In this document: positions 18,663 to 27,855 of the stretch, one piece after another | Layout of the letters: the number at the start of each line of letters is the position of its first letter | How positions within the stretch are numbered: position 1 is the stretch's first letter | Source of the DNA: Candidatus Uhrbacteria bacterium | Lineage (GTDB): Bacteria; Patescibacteriota; Patescibacteriia; UBA9934 | DNA: 64,000 nucleotides | Assembly (NCBI GenBank): GCA_943359525.1 | Contig: CALRHV010000002.1 | Location: 25,040-89,039, forward strand | Direction of reading: 5' to 3' | The notes under the pieces: generated by a model | What the model was told of the DNA's origin: nothing | The model's input: the letters and a program-made list of their open reading frames with translations, nothing else | Database searches by the model: none | Program-made: the position numbers and the translations under genes

Positions 18663-19628
18663 GTGCATGGTATAATTCTGTTGACAGAAACTAAAAGTCT
18701 TTTTGGACTTTCATTTGTGGCGAATCCGATTCTCTCTCCAGAACTGCAGGCCATCGAGGCGCAGAATAGGCGCGATATTCGAATTGTTGAGGCGCGTCCG
18801 AAGTTGATGCGCGTTGGTTTTGCGTTTGCGATTATTGCCGACGTGGCGATGCTCGCTTTTTTCGCGTTCGTTATTATTGGATACCTTGTTTCTGATTCGT
18901 TCACTGAACTTCGGTCTGCCGCGGGGTTCGATGATAATGTTGCAGCGATGCATGCAATCGCAAAGGGGAGTGACGCACAACAGCTGACGCTTGGACCGGC
19001 GAAAGTCGTGCAAGGAACATCAACAAGTTACGATTTTTATGCCACGGTGAAAAATACGAATACCGATTGGTATGCAACATTTACGTACAATTTTTCCGCT
19101 GGAGGAGCAGCGTCACGAACAGAGGACGGCTTCGTGATGCCGGGGGAGACGAAGTATCTCCTTTCGTTGGGCACGAAATCTGAAAGCCGACCATCCTCAC
19201 CATCAATCACGCTCGAAAATCTCGTGTGGCACCGCGTGAACCGTCACGATGCGCCAGACGTTGTGGGATGGCTTGCGGAACATGGAAACTTTTTGTTGAC
19301 GACGCCAACGTACGCCGCCGACATTGCGCTTGCGAGTGCCAACATTGGCCGAACAACCTTTACGGTTACAAATGCGTCGCCATACAGTTATTGGGAACCC
19401 CAATTTACGGTAATCCTTGAGCGCGCCGGCACCGTGGTTGGCGTATCACGCGCAACGCTTTCTCAATTTACCGCGGGCGAGATTCGCGACTCAGAAGTTC
19501 GTTGGTACGGCGAAATTCCTCTTACCGCCACCGCAACCGTTGCACCAAACGTGAATTTCTTCGATGAATCCAGTTACATGTCACCCCAAGGCAGCCAAGG
19601 AATTGATCCACGGGATTTGTTGAAGTAG
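18663..19628 (+). CDS. Hypothetical membrane-anchored protein, probably co-transcribed with ftsW/rodA
   Basis: 321-aa ORF with an N-terminal TM helix (FAFAIIADVAMLAFFAFVIIGYLV). It ends 10 nt before the SEDS gene. Confidence 0.5.
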   Translation: MHGIILLTETKSLFGLSFVANPILSPELQAIEAQNRRDIRIVEARPKLMRVGFAFAIIADVAMLAFFAFVIIGYLVSDSFTELRSAAGFDDNVAAMHAIAKGSDAQQLTLGPAKVVQGTSTSYDFYATVKNTNTDWYATFTYNFSAGGAASRTEDGFVMPGETKYLLSLGTKSESRPSSPSITLENLVWHRVNRHDAPDVVGWLAEHGNFLLTTPTYAADIALASANIGRTTFTVTNASPYSYWEPQFTVILERAGTVVGVSRATLSQFTAGEIRDSEVRWYGEIPLTATATVAPNVNFFDESSYMSPQGSQGIDPRDLLK

Positions 19629-19637
19629 GCTTCCCTC

Positions 19638-20762
19638 ATGGCCTTTGCTCCGCTCACTGCATTTCGGAATGGGGATGTACTGCTCATGATTGCTGCAGCG
19701 GTGTTGATTGCGTTTGGGTTTGCGGCGATTTTTTCCGTTGAGCTTTCGCGCGGTTCGGAAAATGTGTTTTTGCAGAAACAGGCGATTGCGCTCGGAATTG
19801 GTTTGGTGGCGTGTACGGTGATTGCAGCCATGAACTATCACGCTATTCGTCATTATGCGCGAGGATTTTACATTGTTGGAGCGGTGCTGTTGGTGCTGGT
19901 GCTGTTTCTTGGGCGAACGCTGAATGGATCCACGGGATGGTTTGTGCTTGGAGGATTTGCGTTTCAGCCGGTGGAGTTGATGAAAGTTGCCATGATGATG
20001 ATGCTCGCATTGTATTTTAGTGAACGAGCAAAACGACGATTCGGATGGCGCGATCTGCTCATGAGCGGAGGGTTCGTTGCGATTCCGGTTGGGCTCCTCA
20101 TGTTACAGCCAGACTTGGGTGGCGCAGCGCTTCTGGTAGGAACGTGGGCCGTTATGGTGCTTTTTGCCGGCATTCGTCCGTCGCAAGTGCTTGCCTTGCT
20201 TGGAAGTGTTGCGCTTGTTGCAGTGATTGGATGGATGTTCGTGTTCCAGCAGTATCAGAAGGATCGCATCATGACGTTCATTGACCCGTCGCTGGATCCG
20301 CTCGATACCGGATACAACGTCACGCAGGCAAAGATCGCGATTGGTTCTGGCGGGTTTTGGGGGAGGGGACTGGGCGACGGAAGCCAGAGTCAGCTTCGTT
20401 TTTTGCCAGAAAGTCAGACCGATTTCGTGTTCGCGGTGATTGCCGAGGAACTTGGATTTGTGGGGGTGCTTTTACTCTTTCTCGCCTTTATTGTGCTGTT
20501 ATGGCGCATGCTAACCATCAGTAGGATGGCGCGCGATACCTTTGGAGCGTATCTGTGCATCGGCACCTTTTCTGTTATCATTGTTGAAGTAACGGTGCAT
20601 GTTGGCGCGAATGTGTCTCTGATGCCTGCCACTGGCGTCGCGCTTCCCTTGGTAAGTTACGGTGGAAGTGCGCTTTTACTCTCGTTGGTGTTCCTTGGGC
20701 TGGTACAGTCGGTGGCCATTCGCCTCCGTCCAGGGGACCGTTTTAACGACCTTTCCTTATGA
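19638..20762 (+). CDS. ftsW: SEDS-family peptidoglycan glycosyltransferase (FtsW/RodA)
   Basis: 10-TM protein with conserved FtsW/RodA segments (...LGGFAFQPVELMKVAMMMMLALYFS..., ...GSGGFWGRGLGDGSQ..., ...LPATGVALPLVSYGGSALL...). Confidence 0.85.
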   Translation: MAFAPLTAFRNGDVLLMIAAAVLIAFGFAAIFSVELSRGSENVFLQKQAIALGIGLVACTVIAAMNYHAIRHYARGFYIVGAVLLVLVLFLGRTLNGSTGWFVLGGFAFQPVELMKVAMMMMLALYFSERAKRRFGWRDLLMSGGFVAIPVGLLMLQPDLGGAALLVGTWAVMVLFAGIRPSQVLALLGSVALVAVIGWMFVFQQYQKDRIMTFIDPSLDPLDTGYNVTQAKIAIGSGGFWGRGLGDGSQSQLRFLPESQTDFVFAVIAEELGFVGVLLLFLAFIVLLWRMLTISRMARDTFGAYLCIGTFSVIIVEVTVHVGANVSLMPATGVALPLVSYGGSALLLSLVFLGLVQSVAIRLRPGDRFNDLSL

Positions 20763-21064
20763 CCTCATCCGACCGAGCCTTGCTCGATCCAGTTACTCGA
20801 TGCCCTTTTTGTGCCGTTTCGTACGACGGCGAACGTTTGCGAACCTTGAAAAAGGAGGGCCGACGGGAGATGCTGCACGCAACGTGCTTACAGTGCTCTC
20901 GGGCAATGTTTTACACCATTGAGCGCTCTGAGCAGAATATTTCCTGTGTGGGGATTTTTACGGATTGCGACGCCCAAGACGCCCTGCGGTTTATGGACCG
21001 AAAGCGAATTTCGCTCGATGACGTCCTCTCGGTGCATTTGGCCCTTGGGAAAATGACGAAATGA
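20759..21064 (+). CDS. Hypothetical small Cys-rich protein (CPFC...CLQC zinc-ribbon-like)
   Basis: 101-aa ORF with paired CxxC motifs. It overlaps the ftsW stop by 4 nt. Confidence 0.4.
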   Translation: MTSSDRALLDPVTRCPFCAVSYDGERLRTLKKEGRREMLHATCLQCSRAMFYTIERSEQNISCVGIFTDCDAQDALRFMDRKRISLDDVLSVHLALGKMTK

Positions 21065-21098
21065 CTTTTTTCAGGGTTACACACATGAAAGTTGACAA

Positions 21099-21133
21099 AA
21101 GCGCCAGGATTAGATGAAATGTGCGACATCTAT
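21099..21133 (+). promoter_or_regulatory. Sigma70-like promoter: TTGACA, 17 nt, TGAAAT, upstream of rplY
   Basis: ttgacaaaagcgccaggattagatgaaat has a canonical -35, a 17-nt spacer and a near-consensus -10. Confidence 0.5.
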
Positions 21134-21149
21134 GCAGAAACACGCAACA

Positions 21150-21815
21150 ATGAATGCCACCCTTCGCGAACTTAAGGGCCGTGCAACTGAAGCACTTCGT
21201 GCTGAAGGCACAGTACCTGCGGTCGTTTACGGCTTCGGCACCGAACCAACCAACATTCAGGTTGACCGCAACGCTTTTTTGAAAGTTCTTGCAGCCGCCG
21301 GATCGAGCACTGTCGTCGATCTCGTCGTTGGCGAAAAGTCTTTCCAGGTGCTTGTCGGCGAAGTACAGCGCAACGCGTTGAACGATTTCGTGACGCACAT
21401 CGACTTCCGTGCGGTTGATCCAAATCGCAAGATTGAAGCAAAGATTCCTTTGGTGCTTGTGGGCTTGGCTCCAGCGGTGAAGGAACTTGGTGGAACGCTC
21501 TTGCAGTCGCTCGAAGAAGTAGAAGTTATTTCTCTTCCAAACGCACTTGTTCACGAAATCAGCATCGACGTTTCAAAGCTTGCAACGTTTGACGACGTGA
21601 TTCGCGTGTCCGACATTGTCGCTCCAGAAGGTGTGGAAATCACCACCAACGCTGAAGTTGCTATCGCATCCGTTCAGCCGCCACGCTCTGAGGAAGAGCT
21701 TGCATCGTTGAACGAAGTTGTGGACACCGACGTTTCAAAGGTGGAAGTGCTCAAGGAAAAGAAGCTTACTCCAGAGGAAGAAGCGGAAGCTGCAAAGAAA
21801 ACAGAAAAGAAATAA
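21150..21815 (+). CDS. rplY: 50S ribosomal protein L25 / general stress protein Ctc
   Basis: MNATLRELKGRATEALRAEGTVPAVVYG... has L25/Ctc N- and C-terminal domains plus an acidic/Lys tail. The start could be 21132. Confidence 0.85.
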   Translation: MNATLRELKGRATEALRAEGTVPAVVYGFGTEPTNIQVDRNAFLKVLAAAGSSTVVDLVVGEKSFQVLVGEVQRNALNDFVTHIDFRAVDPNRKIEAKIPLVLVGLAPAVKELGGTLLQSLEEVEVISLPNALVHEISIDVSKLATFDDVIRVSDIVAPEGVEITTNAEVAIASVQPPRSEEELASLNEVVDTDVSKVEVLKEKKLTPEEEAEAAKKTEKK

Positions 21816-21823
21816 TCCCATAA

Positions 21824-21853
21824 AACGCCTCGTCGCAATGACGAGGCGTTTTT
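21824..21853 (+). terminator. Rho-independent terminator (aaacgcctcgtcgcaatgacgaggcgttttt)
   Basis: Perfect stem with a T5 run immediately after the rplY stop. Confidence 0.75.
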
Positions 21854-21870
21854 GGTATCATGAAATCCTT

Positions 21871-22974
21871 ATGCCGAAGAAATCGTTGAATGCATTTCGT
21901 CGTGTTCATGGTCGCGCTTTGCGATTATGGAAAAGGGAAGGTACGTCGAAAAATCTCTTCATTCTTGCTGGGGGAATTTTTGTTCTCACGGGAATTATTT
22001 CTGCGCTGATGACAATTCCAGGATCGCGATTTTATGATCGTGGCACACAGGAACGCATCGTTCCATCGACAATTTCCGCTGCTTCTCGTCATCCGCTCAC
22101 TGGCGAGATTCTCTCTGCTCCGATAGTAACGCTGCCTCAAGTATTTGGCGTGATGGTCGAGAATTCTGCAGACGCTTGGCCATTGTCTGGGCTCGACCAA
22201 GCATTCTTGGTGATCGAGGCTCCAGTTGAAGGAAATATTCCACGGTTTATCGCGTTCTTTTCTGACGATCAAGACGTTTTAAAGATTGGCCCCGTTCGAT
22301 CATCGCGACCATATTACTTGGATTGGAACGCAGAGTTTCAGGGAATCTACGGTCACGTTGGTGGCTCGCCAGAAGCGCTTGATGATATCGCGAAGAATGG
22401 CACGCTTGATCTCAATCAGTTTTTTCAGAGTGAGTATTACTATCGTGATGAATTGACGCGATACGCTCCGCATAATGTGTATACAAATACCAATCTCCTC
22501 AGAGCATCGATTGCCGAGATCGACGAGAAGTACGACGTTGGTGTTCCATCGTACGATTCATGGACGTTTACTGACGGCGTTTCGGAATCATCGACAATCG
22601 ACACGACGCATATTGTTTGGGGAAACGGATACGATATTGACTGGACATACGATCCAGCAACGAATGTGTATCATCGATTCCAAGGAGGGAATACATATAT
22701 GGCGAACAACGTCGTCGTCATCGCAACAGACATTGGAATAATCCCGGGGGACGACAAGGGCCGACGAACTGTTCGCACGATCGGCGAAGGGCCGATGATG
22801 TTGCTGAAAAATGGTGCATCGATTTCGGGTACGTGGAAGAAGGCGTCGGCAAATGATCGAATGCAGTTTTACGATGAAACAGGAAAGGAAGTTTCGATGA
22901 ACGCAGGGAGGACGTGGGTTGAGGTTATTAATAATCTTGGCAATGTCTTAACGCTGACGAAGCGCAGCAGATAG
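21871..22974 (+). CDS. DUF3048-like secreted or membrane-anchored protein (YerB-like)
   Basis: N-terminal TM helix. The central segment ...PQVFGVMVENSADAWPLSGLDQAFLVIEAPVEGNIPRFIAFFSDDQ... resembles the DUF3048 family. The start was chosen at MPKKS. Confidence 0.55.
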   Translation: MPKKSLNAFRRVHGRALRLWKREGTSKNLFILAGGIFVLTGIISALMTIPGSRFYDRGTQERIVPSTISAASRHPLTGEILSAPIVTLPQVFGVMVENSADAWPLSGLDQAFLVIEAPVEGNIPRFIAFFSDDQDVLKIGPVRSSRPYYLDWNAEFQGIYGHVGGSPEALDDIAKNGTLDLNQFFQSEYYYRDELTRYAPHNVYTNTNLLRASIAEIDEKYDVGVPSYDSWTFTDGVSESSTIDTTHIVWGNGYDIDWTYDPATNVYHRFQGGNTYMANNVVVIATDIGIIPGDDKGRRTVRTIGEGPMMLLKNGASISGTWKKASANDRMQFYDETGKEVSMNAGRTWVEVINNLGNVLTLTKRSR

Positions 22975-22982
22975 GTTGTATA

Positions 22983-24629
22983 ATGGTTCGTGAATGTATG
23001 GAGAAAAAAAGCTGGGTGAATCTGCCACCGTCGCAGCCGAAAAAGAAGGAAGTGCCACCAGCACCTCCCATATCTCGTATTGAAACGCTTGCGCGAAGCC
23101 CGAAATATTCAGAGCCGGCCCGGAGGAGTTTGCGGAAGGATTACGAGGCGTTCAAGAAAGGTGGTGAGCCAGCGGTGCAACATCAACATCGTATTGAGAC
23201 GCAATATTTCGAGAGCAGATCCCCGGAAATCGCGCGAGCGGTTGATCGCGGCGATATCGGCAGACCAATCGCGCACATGCTCCTTCGTCACTTTCCACAT
23301 CTTGTAGAGAAACAGATCAAGGAAATTGTTTCTGCATGTTTTCGTGAGCGAAAGCCAGAAGAATCCGTTGAAATATTCCGTCAGAAGCGGGCGGACGCAC
23401 GGCTGAATCTTTCTGTAGCTGGCCTTGACTCGCACACGGTTCGCGCGATTATCTCTCAATGCTCTGAGATGATGGAAGCGTATAGAATTCTCGAGCGCCG
23501 TGGTATTCGCGAAGCATCGGGGAATTGGCCAAAGCGTCACGATGGCTCTCCTCGATCAATGATGGTCAATCGTTCAAAACTCGTCAGTTTGTCTTACGAG
23601 ATTTATAAAGAAGCTCATCCAGACGTAAAGCCAGAATTCCGTAAGGAGCTCCCTATTCACCGGTATGAATATCGAGATATTGAAGGGGAAATGATTGCTA
23701 TTGCACATATTCAATATCAAAATATAGGAGAAAAAGAAGAGTTGGATTTTTTGGCGAAAAATCCAAACATGAAAATTGCATTGGAGCAAAAATCTTTTTA
23801 CCTGTCTTCTCGTAAGATGGTTTCATGTATTTTGGAAATTCCTCGAACGAAGAAGAAGATTGATTTTTTGCAGATGATCAAACAACAAGACGCACAAATT
23901 TTTGTTTATAAAGAATGTATACCTGGTGGAGGACAGAAGATTATTGGTACTCGTATTATTTTAACACCAGAGCCGGTAACGCTCATTAAACTTTCTACCT
24001 TTTTTCATGAGCTTGGTCATAACGAGCAAGAACGAGATTTAGGCTACAGAAATATTTCAGGGGCTCGTTTCGGTGCAAGATCTTTTTTTGAAAAAAATAC
24101 CTTTGCAGTTTGGGAGGCGATGGGAAATATCGCTCTCTCTACAAAGTATCCTGCACGGGATAAAATTTTTGGCATAAAGGATGCAGAAAATGCAAGGAAA
24201 GTTTTTCAAAAACAAAACGAACTCCTAATAATAAATGGCCGTACACCGATGAATATACAGAAGCTCACTTTAGAAGAAGAACGAGGAATTGATCATTTCC
24301 TCAAAATTCGCGAACCAAAAGAATGGGAAAAGATAGAAGAAATAAAAAATATTCTCGACGAAAAATTACTAAATTTTCTTGATTGGCGCACGTGTTTTAT
24401 GGAGCGCGATGCAAATTATCGGGCATTAAAGTGGATTCGAGAATTACAAAAAAAGGGCGCAGATTTCTCGGTACTTTTTCCTATTCTTGAGGAGGATTTT
24501 GGAAGCGGTATTCTTGATGATTTGGCGAGCATTTCAGAAAAACGTGGAATCACGCTTCAAGAGTATTTTCAAGCATGTTTAGGATCACATGGTGCCTCAA
24601 ATGATGAAATGAGGAATTCTCAAGAATAG
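22983..24629 (+). CDS. Hypothetical protein with an HExxH zinc-metallopeptidase-like motif (FFHELGHNE)
   Basis: 548-aa ORF. The 3' two-thirds is visibly more AT-rich than the surrounding DNA. Confidence 0.5.
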   Translation: MVRECMEKKSWVNLPPSQPKKKEVPPAPPISRIETLARSPKYSEPARRSLRKDYEAFKKGGEPAVQHQHRIETQYFESRSPEIARAVDRGDIGRPIAHMLLRHFPHLVEKQIKEIVSACFRERKPEESVEIFRQKRADARLNLSVAGLDSHTVRAIISQCSEMMEAYRILERRGIREASGNWPKRHDGSPRSMMVNRSKLVSLSYEIYKEAHPDVKPEFRKELPIHRYEYRDIEGEMIAIAHIQYQNIGEKEELDFLAKNPNMKIALEQKSFYLSSRKMVSCILEIPRTKKKIDFLQMIKQQDAQIFVYKECIPGGGQKIIGTRIILTPEPVTLIKLSTFFHELGHNEQERDLGYRNISGARFGARSFFEKNTFAVWEAMGNIALSTKYPARDKIFGIKDAENARKVFQKQNELLIINGRTPMNIQKLTLEEERGIDHFLKIREPKEWEKIEEIKNILDEKLLNFLDWRTCFMERDANYRALKWIRELQKKGADFSVLFPILEEDFGSGILDDLASISEKRGITLQEYFQACLGSHGASNDEMRNSQE

Positions 24630-24633
24630 ATTG

Positions 24634-25515
24634 CTAAATTAGCGCATGGACGACACGTTCGCGGCTGCGCATATCTTTGATGAGTTCGATTCGGGCTTTG
24701 GGAAAATGTGTCGTAAGGAGAGACGGCGCGGTTTGGCGCTGTGACGGATCGATTTCGATGAAGAGATCGACATTGATACGCTTGCCTTTGCGCGACGTTT
24801 CGTGAAGATAGGTTCGAATTTGATTGCACAGTTCGTCGTACAGCGCCAAGCCGTCGGCGCCACCAACAAGCGCGAGCCGTGGTTCGTAGTCCTTCACGTC
24901 GGCATCGAGATCGTTCCATTGCCATGGTGTGAGATATGGAAGGTTTGCAGTGATGACGAGGTGATCGGCGATTGGTTCGAGTGCGGCGAACGGTTCGAAG
25001 AGCGATCCCTCGATGAAAACAGTGTTCGACCCCAGATTTCGCGCGTTGTGTTCCGCAACGGACTTCGTGTCGCGATCGATTTCGATGGCGAACGTTGGAC
25101 GATGGGTTTCGAGTTCGAGAGAGATTGCGATCGCACCGGATCCGGTGCCGATATCAACGATCGTTGATCGGGAATCGATGACGGCGAGCGCGGCCTCGAC
25201 CAACACTTCCGTGTCAGGCCGCGGAATCAGCACGTGTTGATTCACGAAGAAGTCGCGACCAAAGAATGCTTTGGTTTGGGTGAGATACGCAACCGGCTCG
25301 TGTCGAGCTCGGCGCGCAACCAGTCGCTGGAATGTTTCTGCAGCGTCGGACTTCACTGCTTCGTCGCCGTGCGTAAACAGATATGCGCTGTTCACGTTAA
25401 GGACATACGACAAAAGCACCTGTGCATCGAGGCGGGGATTCTGTTTTACGGAGCGCGTGACGTCGGCAGCTTTCAATATGTCGCCGGCCCATGCGAGGAT
25501 GTCGAAAATCGTCAT
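24634..25515 (-). CDS. prmC: Release factor glutamine methyltransferase PrmC (HemK)
   Basis: SAM-binding VDIGTGSGAIAI and a catalytic NLPY (NPPY-like) motif. It lies immediately downstream of prfA. Confidence 0.85.
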   Translation of the reverse strand: MTIFDILAWAGDILKAADVTRSVKQNPRLDAQVLLSYVLNVNSAYLFTHGDEAVKSDAAETFQRLVARRARHEPVAYLTQTKAFFGRDFFVNQHVLIPRPDTEVLVEAALAVIDSRSTIVDIGTGSGAIAISLELETHRPTFAIEIDRDTKSVAEHNARNLGSNTVFIEGSLFEPFAALEPIADHLVITANLPYLTPWQWNDLDADVKDYEPRLALVGGADGLALYDELCNQIRTYLHETSRKGKRINVDLFIEIDPSQRQTAPSLLTTHFPKARIELIKDMRSRERVVHALI

Positions 25516-25530
25516 GGCGCCGTCCATACA

Positions 25531-26625
25531 TTATTCGTCGTCCTCGTCAGCAGTAAGCTCGCCGAATTTTGCGTCGCGCGCGGCCATTTTGAGTGTGGTG
25601 AGAATATCGGTGATGTTGCCGTCAAGAATCGCCGGAATACCGTGCCATGATTGTTTGACGCGGTGATCCGTAATGCGATCTTGTGGGAAGTTGTATGTGC
25701 GAATCTTTTCAGAGCGCTCTGCTCCACCAATCTGACTGCGACGTTCTGCGTCGAGTGCGGCACGCTTCTTTTCTGCTTCAAAGGTAAATACGCGAGAACG
25801 CATCACGCCCATGGCGCGTTCCTTGTTTTGGCTGAAGGATCGTTCATCCTGACAGTACACGGTGATTCCGGTGGGAACGTGCACCATGCGGACAGCGCTG
25901 TATGTGGTGTTGACGGACTGTCCACCGGCGCCCTGTGATGTGGTTGCCTCGATGGTAAGATCTTTTGGATTGATGTCGAATTCTTCTTGCTCGATTTTTG
26001 GAAGGACGGCGACTGTTGCGGTGGACGTGTGAATGCGACCGGCTTTCTCGGTGCTCGGCACGCGTTGAACACGATGTACGCCACTTTCAAGTTTCATCGT
26101 TCCGTACGCGCCGTCGCCATGAATTTCAACGATCACTTCGCGGAAGCCGCCAAGGTCGTTTTGACTTTGCGAGATGATGATCGCTTTCCATCCGTTGCGT
26201 TCAGCAAAACGGGTGTACATGCGGTACAAGTCGGCGGCAAAGAGCGCCGCCTCGTCGCCGCCAGTGCCTGCGCGAATTTCCATGATGGCGTCATGGCCGT
26301 CAATCGGATCGGCGGGGATGAGCGCGAGTTCAAGGTCGAGCTCGAGCTTTGGCATTGCTGGGAGAATCTCGGCAATTTCCTGTTCAGCCATCTGGCGAAT
26401 CTCCGGATCCGAGTCGTTCGCTGTTGCCTGCGCTTCGGCAAGATTGCGTGCAGCAATCTCGTACGTAGCGGCGATGTCGAGGATTCGTGTGATCTGCTGG
26501 TACTGTGCATTTACTTCACGAAGTTTTTTGGGATTCCCAAGCGTGGCTGCGCTCATGAGCTCAGCTTCGATAGTTTCCTTTTCTGCGCGTTTATCCGCGA
26601 TAACTTTTTCAAATTCGAGTGCCAT
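25531..26625 (-). CDS. prfA: Peptide chain release factor 1
   Basis: GGQ motif ([12 protein letters not shown]) and a P(S)T tripeptide-like motif ([13 protein letters not shown]). Overall RF1 architecture. Confidence 0.9.
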   Translation of the reverse strand: MALEFEKVIADKRAEKETIEAELMSAATLGNPKKLREVNAQYQQITRILDIAATYEIAARNLAEAQATANDSDPEIRQMAEQEIAEILPAMPKLELDLELALIPADPIDGHDAIMEIRAGTGGDEAALFAADLYRMYTRFAERNGWKAIIISQSQNDLGGFREVIVEIHGDGAYGTMKLESGVHRVQRVPSTEKAGRIHTSTATVAVLPKIEQEEFDINPKDLTIEATTSQGAGGQSVNTTYSAVRMVHVPTGITVYCQDERSFSQNKERAMGVMRSRVFTFEAEKKRAALDAERRSQIGGAERSEKIRTYNFPQDRITDHRVKQSWHGIPAILDGNITDILTTLKMAARDAKFGELTADEDDE

Positions 26626-26682
26626 AGAATGAGTATAAATGAAAACACTCCGCCTTGCGACGAAGTGTCTTCAAAACCGAAC

Positions 26683-26994
26683 TTAACGAGAGACGGACTT
26701 GATCGAGGTGTCGGAATTTGCTTTCTTTGCAGCCTTTGCGGTTGCGCGAGCAGCACGTTCTGCGGCCTTGTCCTTTGCGGTCTTGACGGTTGTTGCCTTC
26801 TTTCCGTCCTTCGCGGTGAACTTTTCCACACGACGTGCGGTATCCAAGATTTTCTGCTTACCCGTAAAGAATGGGTGGCACGCGCTGCACAATTCGATGT
26901 CGATCTTTTCCAAGCTCGAACCAATCTTGTACACCGCACTGCATGCACAGGTAATCGTCGAATCGAAGTATTTTGGGTGGATTGTCGCCTTCAT
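26683..26994 (-). CDS. rpmE: 50S ribosomal protein L31 with Lys/Ala-rich C-terminal extension
   Basis: MKATIHPKYFDSTITCACSAVYKIGSS...CSACHPFFTGKQK is L31 type A with its zinc motif. The start was chosen at MKATIHPKY. Confidence 0.88.
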   Translation of the reverse strand: MKATIHPKYFDSTITCACSAVYKIGSSLEKIDIELCSACHPFFTGKQKILDTARRVEKFTAKDGKKATTVKTAKDKAAERAARATAKAAKKANSDTSIKSVSR

Positions 26995-27071
26995 AAAGAG
27001 AGGTTGAGGCTGCTTTGCATACAGCCGATTAAGTAGCAAAATGATAGCTGCTGAAGGGTTTTTTGTCAAAG

Positions 27072-27190
27072 GTTAGCGGTAGATGTCGTGAGTGCCAATG
27101 TCGATAAACTCAACATCAACGAGATTGGCTGGAAGTTTTTGCAATGAACGAAGAAAATGAGGCGTAAAGAAAATCTTAAGGATTTTCATA
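27072..27190 (-). pseudogene. Truncated RelE/ParE-like toxin remnant (38 codons: MKILKIFFTPHFLRSLQKLPANLVDVEFIDIGTHDIYR, then stop)
   Basis: Hand translation of the minus strand immediately downstream of the RHH gene. The N-terminus resembles RelE/HigB-family toxins but stops after 38 aa, directly abutting the rpmE ORF. Confidence 0.4.
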
Positions 27191-27191
27191 T

Positions 27192-27422
27192 TTAGCCCTT
27201 GATGAGGTCGGCGAGAGATCCAGTTAATTCAATCATTTTCCCTTCTTTTTTTGCTTTTTTATAGTCAGCCATCGCCGTTGCGTAATCAGCTTCCTCTATT
27301 GCGTTTCGAAGAAGACTCCGATGAAGTTCCGAGCGAGTCATGTGTTTGCTTTCTGCAAGGCGATCGGCTGCTATCGCGAGGGAAGGAGGGAGGGAGATAG
27401 TGAATGTTGATGTTGTTCGCAT
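27192..27422 (-). CDS. Ribbon-helix-helix (CopG/ParD-like) antitoxin or DNA-binding protein
   Basis: 76 aa. The N-terminal beta-strand region (TFTISLPPSLAIAADRLAE) followed by helices is typical of an RHH fold. Confidence 0.55.
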   Translation of the reverse strand: MRTTSTFTISLPPSLAIAADRLAESKHMTRSELHRSLLRNAIEEADYATAMADYKKAKKEGKMIELTGSLADLIKG

Positions 27423-27486
27423 AGTATGGATATTACTTAGTATGACTATATCATATTCAGAAACAACGGCAACAGGGATAAAACGA

Positions 27487-27741
27487 TCAACGCCGCCTCA
27501 CCTTTCGGGGAGACGGCGCTGCGTTCGACGTCCTGCGTTCAGGATGTCGGTTCTGGCTCCTCTCGCGTGGGGCGGAGGAGATGGAGCCCACGTACTGGAC
27601 GCCGGTCGCGGAGATCATGCCCCAGAGCACCAGGAGCCAGGGCATTTCGAAGGTCGGGAACTTGGTCATGACCATTCCCCCGATCGCGACGCCGCTCATG
27701 GTGCTCAGCACGATGGAGATTACCGTTCCCACGAAGAGCAT
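27487..27741 (-). CDS. Hypothetical small membrane protein with basic C-terminal tail (low confidence; GC-rich region with competing ORFs)
   Basis: Two hydrophobic helices. Opposite-strand ORFs 27340..27753 and 27581..27799 overlap it. Local GC is above the window average. Confidence 0.25.
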   Translation of the reverse strand: MLFVGTVISIVLSTMSGVAIGGMVMTKFPTFEMPWLLVLWGMISATGVQYVGSISSAPRERSQNRHPERRTSNAAPSPRKVRRR

Positions 27742-27855
27742 GAGGCACCTTGATGGTAACCCAATACTAGCACTTTTCTTGCTTTTCCGCAAGGATTAGC
27801 CTAATATTTAGCCAAATTCCCCAAGATCGCTTCGTTGCACTCGCAATGACTGACT

